This document shows, one piece after another, positions 1 to 11,896 of a stretch of 50,259 nt of DNA. The DNA comes from Tubiluchus corallicola (taxonomy: Eukaryota; Animalia; Priapulida). The stretch lies in the NCBI GenBank assembly GCA_030141605.1, contig JAQGDQ010000842.1:38345-88603 (forward strand). Direction: 5' to 3'. How positions within the stretch are numbered: position 1 is the first letter of the stretch; the number at the start of each line of letters is the position of its first letter. The position numbers and the translations under genes were made by a program. The notes under the pieces are model-generated. The model was not told where the DNA came from. It saw nothing but the letters and a program-made list of their open reading frames with translations, and ran no database searches.

Positions 1-596
1 ATGGTGATTGTACAGCTAAGAATGCATTAACGAACACTTCATTTTTGGAAGATGCTGAATGATGAGCTTGAACTTTGATTTCTAACTTAGGGGGGGGCTC
101 ATGTTGCCTTTCATTACCTGCTTTATTTGGGGAGAGTATAATTATTCATGCTAAAAATTTTCCATCGTCTCAAATTACTTATTAAATCATTTTTTAAAAT
201 TTGACTATAACAAAATAACACTTGTCTTTAATCTGTTAAATTTACTGATTCGTGTTTCAAAGCTGTAAAATGAAAACAAAATCATTATTTTTCATAAAAA
301 CAACACAGAGAGGATTTAAAGAAGATACTTTTGTGATTTTGTTTCTTTTTTGGGGGGAAAAATCTTTCACACATTTTGCTACTAATTTATAATTAACGTA
401 ATTTAGTTTGACTAGTTGGCATCCTTCTGTCTCGGCAGACAATGGAGTGTGTGCCAAGAGAGTCAGTTATTATCACATTGATGGTTTACTACGTTGACTG
501 TGGCTGAGCAGTGCGATCCTTGAACGTCTCCAGGGCGCACGCCTGGGCAAGGTGTAGTCCAAAGTTAATAATTAACTTAATAATGTGTTTTAATAT

Positions 597-1175
597 AATG
601 TTATGTTATGTTGTGTTGCATTGTGTTGTGTTATGATGTGCTGTGCTGTGTTGTGCTGTGCTGTGCTGTGTTGCACTGTGATGTGCTGTGCTATGCTACG
701 CTATGTTATGTTATGTTATGTTATGTTATGTTATGTTATGTTATGTTATGTTATGTTATGTTATGTTATGTTATGTTATGTTATGTTATGTTATGTTATG
801 TTATGTTATGTTATGTTATGTTATGTTATGTTATGTTATGTTATGTTATGTTATGCTATGTTATGTTATGTTATGTTTTGTTATGCTATGTTATGTTATG
901 TTATGTTATGCTATGCTATGCTATGCTATGCTATGCTATGTTATGTTATGTTATGTTATGTTATGTTATGTTATGTTATGTTATGTTATGTTATGTTATG
1001 TTATGTTATGTTATGTTATGTTATGTTATGTTATGTTATGTTATGTTATGTTATGTTATGTTATGTTATGTTATGTTATGTTATGTTATGTTATGTTATG
1101 TTATGTTATGTTATGTTATGTTATGTTATGTTATGTTATGTTATGTTATGTTATGTTATGTTATGTTATGTTATG
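597..1175. repeat. Pentamer microsatellite (TTATG)n with CTATG/CTGTG/TTGTG variants
   Basis: Directly visible; source of the spurious MLCYV ORFs. Confidence 0.98.
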
Positions 1176-1454
1176 AGAGAAGAAAACGTAAAACAACAGC
1201 AGAAAGAGTAAAATTATTAAATTAAATGACATGCCAGACGTCTACCCCATCGTGCTCCATGCCAGTTGTCATTGCGGAACAGGTGCTGAGATGGGAGTGG
1301 TTATAACTAAACACTAGTTATAGCTGCCATGCAATGCTGATATGCAATAGCTTCGTAATAGATGAAGCCATCACAATGTAGAGGGTGTCGAAAATGAAGA
1401 GCATTTCGTCTTCGTAACAATATAATGGTAACTAATATGACGTAGTTATGAAAC

Positions 1455-1460
1455 TTTATT
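1455..1460 (-). terminator. AATAAA polyadenylation signal of lectin copy 1
   Basis: tttatt on the + strand about 175 nt past the stop codon. Conserved in the same context in all seven copies (near 6255, 11698, 17570, 23714, 27160, 32775). Confidence 0.6.
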
Positions 1461-1633
1461 AGTTACGATGATACTGAATAATGCAGATAACAGTAATAAA
1501 AACTGTTTTTGTAAAGCATTAGAAGTTAACAAGAAACTAATAATGGATTAAAAAGAAAATGGAACAAAGAATTAGTGTGGTGTGTAGGCATTTGTTCTTA
1601 TGTGATCCATACAATTATGTAATCCACTTTTCA

Positions 1634-4166
1634 CTACATGGCATTGGATTCACATGCGAAGGATGCTTCAACATCATAGGGATAATCATCCCAAAGATAA
1701 TCGTATGGCTTGCGAATTATTACATAGTGCTGTTTTCCCTGATAATTATCAGGTTGACTACCATTCCAGTTACTAAATATGATGGGTTGACCGTTGGAAA
1801 ACCACCTCCAGTCGCCTTCACTGTGTTGGTCTGTTCCACCAATCCAGAGGTTTTCAATACCTATAAAGAATGCAACTTCTGCGTTGAAATAAAACGTTTA
1901 AAGCAGAAACTTAGAAGCCATATTATCATGTCAAGGCATGTTTTTACTTTGGTTAAAATAGTTTAATGTGCAGCTTAGAAAATGCTGTTAAACTGAAGGT
2001 ATGGCAAAATGATATTTGTATTTTGGTGCAGTACAAGTGCACTAATGTTTTAATGGCCCCTTTAATGTAGTGGGATATTTTTTCTGCATCTACATCGTTG
2101 GTTTGTCTTTATGTAAATTTGACAAATATGACTTTTCCTTGATAAAATTGTTCCTGCTTGACAAATGACTGATTTAGATGGCTAAGAATAGTAGTACCAC
2201 AGTTAATAAATCAATACCGAGAATATTACAAAAAAGCCCTCTAAAAATCACTGGACAGTTGTGACAACAAAGAAAAGGCAGCTGTGACAATTATTTCAAT
2301 GGCAATTATCATTACAAGTTAAAAATCACATGAGCACATTTACACATGGACATAATGTTAGTACAAATGTCAAAAAAAGCTTTTAAATAGGTAAAGTCCA
2401 AATCGTTAAATTTTCTCTTATTTCCTCTGTAACAGTACAGTTACACACAACATGGATTTTCAGTTTCCACATTCCTACAGGTGCAAACCTTTGAATTTGT
2501 AGGATTCTTGACCAGCGGCCACTCTCTATTTTTAGCCGGTCAAATATCACTACATATAACCACAACGTAACTTCGTTGACGGCGACTTTCACTCCAAGGC
2601 AATTTCTTGATAACATAATTTAATATCCAGATTTCATTAACCACGACAACGCCTTGGTAATTTACAGAAAAAGCAAGTTTGCATACGTTCATTTGCGTGA
2701 AGAAAATTATTCTGGTGGGGTGTGATTTGCCAGGTGCCAATAAAAGTAGAACAATATTACATCTTACAAGTTTGCAGTTAAAGTATGATTATCTTTACAC
2801 GGGACATACCGGAGCTTGCATACTTACATTTGGGCAAAGAATTCATTTTGGTGGGGTGGAACAATTATTTTGTGTGATCTTCGTCGAACAGTTACTAGTA
2901 AAATATGACTTTCCCGTCTAAAATCTGTTATAGGAGTTAATGTTTCCAGCTCAGTATGACTAGCTACTCCTCATAAAAATTATTACCTTTAAATAGTAAA
3001 GGTTTCGCCATTGTGTTTTTTACGTCTGTTTAGAACAATTTTTGTGATGTGAACAGTGAGGGAATTGCATAGTACAAATTTACTAATACCCAGCAGACAG
3101 CAAATAAATGTTTTACCGTTCATAGAGTCACAGGGTGATTAGTGCATTTGTAGCTGGCATGTTGCCAAGCAATGTACGTGTGTGGAACCTGCTCAACAAA
3201 TTTTTCTCACTCAACATTCTAGACACTTGCATTTAGTTCTAATTCTGTTTTCTCCATTTACCATTAAATCGGGTTTTGAACCTCAATCCTAATATTTTGG
3301 TTCTGATTGGAATCCCGAACTTCATACTGAGCTTGAGAATCTAGCCCTCCAGCTCTGTTAGCTTTTCGGATTCCGATTCCGAGCAGCTGATCCCTACCGA
3401 AACTCCGATAATGTGTGGAAATTAAACACAGCTAATGTTGACTAGAATTACTCAAAAAAAATATTAAACTGCCATGTGCCGCTACGGCACAGAAACTTTC
3501 GCCAGATATTTAACTTGAGATAAATCATAACCTATAAAATGACTTCTGTTGTTAATCTGCACCTCAGTGTTGCCATGTACGTTATGACAATTTGGCTTAT
3601 TATATAAAAAGTAATAACATTTAAAAGCTTCAAATACATGCCTTTTGCTTTCATATTATTGACTACAAACTGATCTTCCTCAGCGGTTTTTATTTCAACC
3701 AAGTCACTAGCTGTATCTATGCAATTCATCATAGCAGTCCACCAACCAACCTTGACTTTGTGAAACAAGTAACAGTGTCCATTGTAGTATTCTCCACCAT
3801 TTTTGCAACATGCTGAGCATGATGCAGTCTCATTCTAGAGGAAAAGCAAATTGCAAACTGAGAGAACACGTTCAGCAAATCCTTTCAAAAGTGTTGGCAC
3901 TTGTACTTGTAAATTCTATCGAAAAGCTAGTTACATGTTTAAATCAAATCATTGCTGCTATATTAATTGAATGCGTATATATTCATAGTGAGATTTTTGA
4001 TTATTTATTAAACTTTGTTAAACTCCAAATTTAATAATGATTGTATTAATTTTAAAGTAATTACCTGTGTGGCCATACTGATATTTGTCCCACCTTCAAT
4101 GCTAGCACTCGCAACCCCGAGAAAAAGTAACACTACCAGTAAGCTGATCACAGAGACCACATTCAT
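1634..4166 (-). CDS. Secreted C-type lectin, copy 1 (173 aa; QPD/WDD, inner disulfide lost)
   Basis: Exons 4166-4065 (signal peptide MNVVSVISLLVVLLFLGVASA...), 3834-3642 (NETASCSACCKNGGEYYNGHCYLF...WWTAMMNC...LVEIKTAEEDQFV) and 1860-1634 (LWIGGTD..EGDWRW..NW..QPDNYQGKQHY...WDDYPY...FACE, TAG). Phases join in frame; intron 1 GT-AG, intron 2 GC-AG. Confidence 0.9.
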
Positions 4167-4455
4167 TGTGCAAGTAACAACTACTGCCACAACAAACTAC
4201 GAAAAAAAGTCTTGTAAGTTTATGAACATCAAAATAAGTGTGTTAATAAGAAAACCATAAATGGGCAAAAACAAATCACAAAAAATCATCCAATTAGAGC
4301 TTATTTGTTCAAAAATTGGATAAAATTTTTCTATAAAACTAGTGTCACGTGTGTAAGACGAATCGCCGTAATATCAGTGCAAAGTCACGTTCGAACACAT
4401 GTTTATGGTGTAAACAGTTAGAATGCTACAATACAATTTGAGCCACTTTAGCACT

Positions 4456-4569
4456 TGACGTCACAACAATGAAACAATGTCATTTATGTATTCTTTGTTT
4501 TGTGATAAAACAATAGAAAAAGTTTAATTACTATGATGTCACAACAAAAATCTAATGTCGCGCATGCGC
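4456..4569. promoter_or_regulatory. Candidate upstream motifs of lectin copy 1: CRE palindrome and NRF1-like site
   Basis: TGACGTCA at 4456-4463 (also 36023-36030, upstream of copy 7) and GCGCATGCGC at 4560-4569, with near-matches upstream of copies 3, 6 and 7. Motif match only. Confidence 0.35.
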
Positions 4570-4737
4570 AGGAACGTATTTCCTGCTTGAATATCGACCA
4601 ATACTTAAAAGTGAGTTGCTCAAGCCAGAGAGAAACCAGTCAGGTGAAGTCACCATGAGGCATCGTTTGCTGCTGGCAGTTTGAAAAGACATTGCAGAAC
4701 TCACAGTAGAAAAAAGTGAATCAAGTTTAGTTAGTCA

Positions 4738-5757
4738 GATACAACGTGTGCTTATGCACACCCCCTGAAACTGCATTCAAAAAGCTGCACTGCAGAAAAA
4801 CTTTTCAAAGGCAGTCATAGTGATGCAGTATTTTCTGATGCAGTCACAGTCTGAAAAAACGTTAAATTTTAATAATTTACTGTCATTAATTGTAATTTTT
4901 TTTTTAAACCAGGTGACAAAAAAACATCTAACTTCAAAAGTTCCAAATTTTTAATTTCACAAGTTTAAGATGAAGTGGCAAAACTCATCTATTTTCAGCA
5001 TGAGTCTAGTGACACCTGAAACTGATTGAAAATTTTTTTAGTTCTAACTAGTGTTGATCGCAACAAAGTTTTTGTAAGAAATTTGACCCAATTATACTAA
5101 TTACTGTGCGAAAACATTAAGGTGACTACAAGCTTGTAGATTTAAATTCAGTTTGCAACACTTACGCTGGAATAAACATTTAAAATGAAAAAGAAACCTA
5201 TTAAGTCAGACACTAAAAACACAGCAAGATAATCAAACAATCATGCGAGGCAAAACTTCTCTTGTTAGTTCTAGTTCAACAGTAGATTCCTCTTGAACTT
5301 CTGTTGTTCTCTGATTTTGAACATTAAAATTTTGCAGCAACAGCAACATTGTTAGTCAAAGCATCATCGTGCCATCACTCACTGTGGGTTCTCTCTTGCT
5401 ACCCCACAACTTGATTCTATAACTTTTGATGTGAAAATTATGCTTTTGTACCAACATATTCTTCTATTAATATTTGCTGTCGTTATTTTGTAAAACTTGA
5501 AAATTCATCCAACGAGTATTCCCCTGACATAATGCATTTTTATCACTCTGCTATTTCTCACTCCACAAATGCAAAAAAATTGTGGCATTTTCAAGCCAAT
5601 CTGTATCAAGTTCATTTGCGTAACAAAATTTTCGGTCAACTCTATAATTAATTAAATATTATGACTAAAAACTTGTTAGTGATTTTTTTTAAATAACTTA
5701 GCTAGGAGCTGTAAACTGTAATTTTATTGGTGTATCGAATTTCTGAACCACCCTGTA
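4738..5757. mobile_element. Possible Tc1/mariner-derived non-autonomous remnant
   Basis: Right end GAATTTCTGAACCACCCTG-TA resembles a TA-CAGGGTG terminus (second copy ends near 26653). The left end is inferred only from where homology to the copy-7 upstream region stops (TACAACGTG); no clean matching TIR. Confidence 0.3.
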
Positions 5758-6455
5758 CAAATTTTCTTACAGGCAAACCGTACAATTCTTCATACAGACG
5801 ATCGAACAGATTGGCATTTTCACAATGGTTCAAATTCTCTGTAATTTACTTTGAGCAAATGTATTAAGTAAAACTGAGCAAACCAAAAGCTTTCAAATTT
5901 TATTTCGCAACTTTGCCAGCAATTGCGCCACTTACTAACAAAGCACAACCATTATAAAGTAGATTATTTTAATTTTTAAACACATAACAAAACATGTTAC
6001 AAAACAACAGTAGAAAATTGTAAAATTACTAAATTAAACGATACGCCAAACGTCTACCCCATCGTGCTCCATGCCGGTTGTCATTGCGGAACAGGTGCTG
6101 AAATGGAAGTCGCTACTTATAGCTGCTATGCAGTGCCGATATGCAATGGCTTCATAATAGATGAAACCATCGCAATGCAGAGGGGGGTCGAAAATGAAGA
6201 GCATTTTCTCTTCGTAACAATATAATGGTAATTAACGTGACGTATTTATGGAACTTTATTAGTTACGATCATACTGAATAATGCAGATAACAGTAATAAT
6301 CACTTAGATGATAACTTAATAATACATGGTAGTAATGATAAGAAGTTAACAATAAACTAATAATAGCTTAAAAGAAAATGGTACAAAGAATTGGTGTGAT
6401 ATGTAGGCAGTTGTTCTTATGTGATCCATACAATTATGTAATCCACTTTTCACTA

Positions 6456-8066
6456 CTAGGCATTCGATTCACATGCGAAGGATGATTTAACATCATAGGC
6501 ATAATCATCCCAACGATATCCGTCTGCCTTGCGAATTATTGCATAGTGCTGTTTTCCCTGATAATTTTCAGGTTGAATACCATTCCAGTTATTATATATC
6601 ATGGGTTGACCGTTGGAAATCCACCTCCAGTCGCCTTCACTGTGTTGATCTGTTCCACCAATCCAGAGGTGCTCAATTCCTGTAAAGGATGCAACTTCTT
6701 CGTTGAAATAAAACTTTTAAGCAGAAACTTAGAAGCCATATTATCATGTCAAGGCATTTTTGATTTTGGTTAAAATAGTTTAATGTGCGGCTTAGAAAAT
6801 ACTGTTAAATGAAGGTATGGCAAAATGATATTTGCATTTTGGTGCAGTACAAGTGCACTAATGTTTTAGTGGTCCCCTTAATGTAGTGGGATATTATTTC
6901 CGCATCTACATCGTTGGTTTGCCTTAATGTAAATTTGACAAATATGATTTTTCTTTTTATAAAAAAATTCCTGCTTGACAAATGACTGATTTAGATGGCT
7001 AGGAATAGTAGTAGCCACAGTAAATAAATCAATGCCGCGAATATTACGAAAAGCCCTCTAAAAACAATCACGTGCCAAGCAATGTACGTGTGTGGAACCT
7101 GCTCAAGAAATTTTTTTCACTCAACATTCTAGACACTTGCATTTAGTTCTAATTCTCTTATCTCCATTTACCACTAAATTGGGTTTCGAACCTCAGTTCT
7201 AACATTTTCCTTCTGATCGGAATCCCAAATTGACCACTTCATGGTGAGCCAAAAAAATCTAGCCCTCTTTTTCTGTTAGCTTCTCTTATTCCGATTCCGA
7301 GCAGCTGATCCCTAACCGAACTCCGATAATGTCTGGAAATTGGACACCCCTAATGTTGACTAGAATTACTCAAAAAATTAATATTAAACTGGCAAAAGCT
7401 GCTATGGCACAGAAACTTTCACCAGAAATTTAGCTTGAGATAAATCTGTAAAATGATCCTCTGTTGTTAATCTGCACAACAGTGTTGCCATGTACGTTAT
7501 GACAATTTGACTTATTATATAAAAAGTAAAAACATTTAAGGCTTCAAATATTCGCCTTTCGCTTTCATATTGTTGACTACAAACTGATCTTCCTCAGCGG
7601 TTTCTATTTCAACCAAGTCACTAGCTGTTTTCAAGCAATTCAAGACAGCTGTTCCCCAGTGCACCGTGATTTTGTGAAACAAGTAACAGTGTCCATTGTA
7701 GTATTCACCACCATTTTTACAACATGTTGAGCATGACGCAATCTCATTCTAGAGGAAAAACAAATTGCAAACTAAGAGAACACGTTCAAAAGTGTTGGCA
7801 CTTGTACTTGTAAATTTTATCGAAAAGCTAGTTACATGTTTAAATCAAATTATTACAGCTATATAACTTGAATGCGTATATATTCATTGAGTAATTTTTG
7901 ATAATTTAGTGCCATTATTAAACTTCAAATTTAATAATGATTGTATTAATTTTAAAGTAATTACCTGTCTGGCCATACTGATGTTTGTCCCACCTTCAAT
8001 GCCTGCACTCGCACCCCCGAGAGAAAGTAACACTACCAGTAAGCTGATCACAGAGACCAAATTCAT
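6456..8066 (-). CDS. Secreted C-type lectin, copy 2 (172 aa; QPE/WDD, inner disulfide lost)
   Basis: Exons 8066-7965, 7748-7556, 6679-6456, all open. Intron 2 is only 876 nt (internal deletion near 7070) and its donor is weak (AG/GCGAAT), so function is less certain. Confidence 0.8.
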
Positions 8067-8980
8067 TGTGCAAGTAATAAGCAATAAAATATAAAAGCCA
8101 AGACTATTTTCGTGAATCTAACTAAGAAAAAATAAGTGATCCGAAACGAAGCAGAAAAGTACTCCAAATAAAATGCTTCAGTACAAATGTTGGAAAAGAA
8201 ATTTTAATAAACTACTGACACACGTTATTAATGAAAAATCAACCCTATAAGATCAAAGGAAAGCCTTGTTCTAATACCTATTGACACGATTTAAACTGTT
8301 GGAATGCTAGCTAACATACAACTGATGCCACGTGTTGTCACAACAATGAACCAATTTAACTATTGTTGTTTCATTCTGCATTCTTTGGCGCATTGTTTTG
8401 TAATAAGCATTGTCTCGATTTAGAACCCATTTTAATATTCCATTAGTAAAAGCTCTACAAAAAAAATTGCGTATAAAAACATTTTTATTCAAAAATATAC
8501 AAACATCCTACATAGTTCTCGTTTATAACGCAAAGCCAGCAGCAGCAGTTTTTACTGAATTAAAGTTATAAGATTATAAGCAGAGTATAATAGATGATGA
8601 CAGAGTAATGGTTTTGTGTCAACAGTTTTCCATGCGAAAATCCCAAAAATGGAGCATTTAATTACTGTAAATTATAGAAAACCAGAAGGTAAAATGTGAT
8701 AGAGTTGCAAAAAAGATTCATTTCACACTTTTCCTGAAACGCATAGGTGTTATAGAAAATAGGTAGGAATTTAATAAAATGTGTGAATTTCATGATTATA
8801 AAAATATATGATAACAAAATATAAATTACATGATTGCAGGACGTGGTTGAAAATGAGGTGGTACATGAAAGCGGTGTAGCTGATTTAAACCTCTGTAATT
8901 GTCGTTGAACAACGTGGATTTTCTATTTGAAAATAATAGCTTTCCAATGCAGCAAATGATATTTATATGTTGTTGTTGTT

Positions 8981-9391
8981 GGCATCCTTCTCTCTCGGAA
9001 CACAATGGAGTGTGCGCCAAGAGAGTCAGTTATTGATCACATTGATGGAGCTGCAGCGTCGACTGTGGCTGAGCAGTGCGATCCTTAAACGTCTCCAGGG
9101 CGCATGCCTGGGCAAAGTGTATCGAGATCCTGAGTTGCTCAGACAACAAGAGCCTCCTCTCTTCCTCCCTGGTGAAGAAAGCGGAGCGATACGTTTGGCA
9201 CCAGGTTGGCTGCAGGAGCTGCCGGAGTCAGTGTGCATGCTGCACTGGTCCGCCATTGGAGCTCCACTCCTGATTTGGAAGGTTTGCTCCTCTACACATG
9301 GCCGTTGGGTCACTTGACCTCCTCTGCCCTCTAGTCGTTGGTTGCTTCTGCAGTTCCTCCGCCTAGTGTCGAAATACAGTGTTGGCATCCT
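8981..9391 (+). mobile_element. GC-rich structured interspersed repeat (SINE or RTE 5'UTR-like)
   Basis: GC-rich island with a sharp GGCATCC start. Full second copy at ~20963-21373; ~140-nt 5' fragments at ~418-556, ~16378-16516 and ~31575-31711. Family assignment is from recollection of RTE-associated 5' sequences and is unverified. Confidence 0.5.
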
Positions 9392-9963
9392 CGTACATTT
9401 ATATGTAAATAGCTAATAATCATAATTAAACGATACAGAACTATAAACTTATTTGGGAAAGACGTGTAACTGATAACAAATTTATCCAATTACAAGTGGA
9501 AGAAAACTCAAATTGCACTCAATGTTCAATGAAGGATAAAATTTATTTAATACATTTTTACCTTCAAAAATAGTGTAAAATTATAATAGTTTGATGACCT
9601 TACTTTTTAACAATATTTTCACTTCTTTATGGGTCAGGAATTAAATATGAAAACAACTTTACCTTGCTGAAAAAAGTCTCCACACTCTCTGCAGGTAGTG
9701 ATACTTTCAGACAATCGTAAAAGTTAAAACCATTTCTAAGCCCGTATATTAATTAGAAATTTCTTGGTAATAAGGGCTTTTAATAAAATACCAAGATCTC
9801 ACGTTGCTAGGTTTACAGTATAATGTCTGTTGCGAAATTAAGCACTGTAACACAGTTAGCTCAACTACAAGGATTTCAACGTAAATGGAAGTAAGGAAAT
9901 AGTAGTCATTTAAATTATAGTTAGTTTAGCAAAAATGTACACTACTTTTCGCATGTCATGGAT

Positions 9964-10797
9964 CTACAAAGATGAATACTGAAATATTAATTTTTTCTTT
10001 ATATTTACTGATAAGACGATAAATTGTTTGTTTTTAATTTCTTGGAGAATAGAGTTCCAGATATGTGGGCCTTGATATTTAAGAGAGCACACGGCTTTGT
10101 TTGTTTCATATCTTACTACATTCATACTATTGTTTGAGGCAAAACGAGTTTGATAATTTTGTAAAGCAGAAGGTTCGCTCATGTATCCGTTAAACAGTTG
10201 GGGCTGCTTTATTTTTAAATTTAAAAACGAATGTGACAAATTCTAGCTTATATATATCTGTTATTTTTAAAATTTTCAATTGATTATAGTGGTGAGTTGC
10301 ATATTCTCTGAGACCAGCAAAGCAAATAGCCTTAACAATTTTATTTTGATAAACAGTAAGATTTTGCATTGTAGTTTTTTGGCAGATCCCCATTTAAGTA
10401 TTCAATATAGTAAATAGGGAATACTAGACCATAGTATACTAATTTGAGTGTTGGAAAATCCAAGTAGTGTCTAAGTTTAAAGAATATGACAGCAATTTTA
10501 TACGTTAAGTGTTGAATGTGTGAGTTCCAGTTTAATTTGTCATCAATTTAGATTCCTAAATATTTAATTTCGTTTGATCGATCATTGTTAATATTGTTAA
10601 GTTTAATTCAAAAATTATTTACACCATTATTTGTTCTGTGATTGATGAAGAGAATGAACTTGGTTTTTTTATAATTGAGTGTTAATTTGCATGCCTTTAG
10701 CCAGGTGTGAATTTTGACAAGTTGGTCATTAACAATGTTTTCTAAAATTTTGATATTAGATGAGGCCATGAATAAGTTTGTAACATCTGCAAACTTT
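9964..10797 (-). mobile_element. 5'-truncated degenerate LINE (CR1/L2/Crack group), RT C-terminal part
   Basis: Translates as FADVTNLF...WLKACKLTLNYKKTKFILF...IKYLGI*IDDKLNWNSHI...YQNKIVKAICF...LKILKITDIYKLE...YQGPHIWNSI, with stops and frameshifts. Confidence 0.85.
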
Positions 10798-11149
10798 TGT
10801 GATTGAAGGCTAGAGCAGGAACGATTAGGAACAATTAGTTTGAAGGATTAGCAGGTCTATAAAATGAATACGTGAAGAACTATGTAGACGATAAAATTAT
10901 TCAAGGCAAAACTTAGGTTAGGTAATTAGTTGCACAATATTGATAAACGAAGCAGAGGATTCATTACGGCAAAATATTATTATGTTTATACATTGTAAAG
11001 TCAGTTTGTGAAGTTTGACCTGTAAAGTAACAATGAGTGCCACAAAACAGTCTGTGCCTCAAGCACGTAGTAAATTTTGGGACTTTTGTCGCCCACACTC
11101 ACGTCTGAAGTTACACATTATGAAGTAACAACAATTTTCTGTGCCTCGG

Positions 11150-11470
11150 CGTGTGTGTGTGTGTGCGTGCGTGCGTGCGGGTGTGTATGTGCGTGAGTGT
11201 GTGCAAGTGTGCGTGTGTGTGCGTGCGTGCATGCATGCATGCATGCGTGTGTGTTTAGATTTATAAAGTAGTCATTATTTAATGATATTTTAAGGAAATT
11301 AACTTAATAATTCGTTTTAATATAATGTTGTGTTGTGTTGTGTTGTGTTGTGCTGTGCTGTGCTGTGCAGTGTTCTGCTGTGCTGGGCTGTGTTGTGCTG
11401 TGCTGTGTTGTGCTGTGCTATGCTGGCATGGAATGCCATGCCACGTCTTGTCATGTCATGTAATGTTATG
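11150..11470. repeat. (GT/GC)n dinucleotide repeat followed by a TGTTG/TGCTG pentamer repeat
   Basis: Visible at 11150-11253 and 11325-11470; paralogous tracts at 23123-23233 and 23305-23480. Confidence 0.9.
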
Positions 11471-11896
11471 AGAGAAGAAAATATAAAACAACAATAGAAG
11501 AGTAAAATTACTAAATTAAACAACAAGCCAAACGTCTACCCATCGTGCTCCATACCGGTTGTCATTGTGGAACAGGTGCTGATATGCAATGGCTTCGTAA
11601 TACATGAAACCATCACAATCCAGAGAGAGGTCGAAAATGAAAAGCATTTCATCTTCGTAACAATATAATGGTAATTAACGTGACGTATTTATTTAACTTT
11701 ATTAGTTACGATCATACTGAATAATGCAGATAACAGTAATAATCACTTAGACGATAACTTAATAATACATGGTAGTAATGATAAGAAGTTAACAATAAAC
11801 TAATAATAGCTTAAAAAGAAAATGGTACAAAGAATTGCTGTGGTGTGCAGCCATTTGTTCTTATGTGATCCATACAATTATGTAATCCACTTTTCA

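Noticed and set aside
603-1225. Long Cys/Tyr-rich ORFs (also 16471-17421 and 31676-32745)
   Set aside because: Translations of pentamer microsatellites.
1559-1966. Plus-strand ORF family (also 6546, 11822, 17674, 24004, 27186)
   Set aside because: Antisense shadows of lectin exon 3; starts and stops are not conserved.
8967-9388. Duplicated 116-aa and 120-aa ORFs on both strands
   Set aside because: They lie in a GC-rich repeat with no recognisable domain; conservation is explained by recent duplication.
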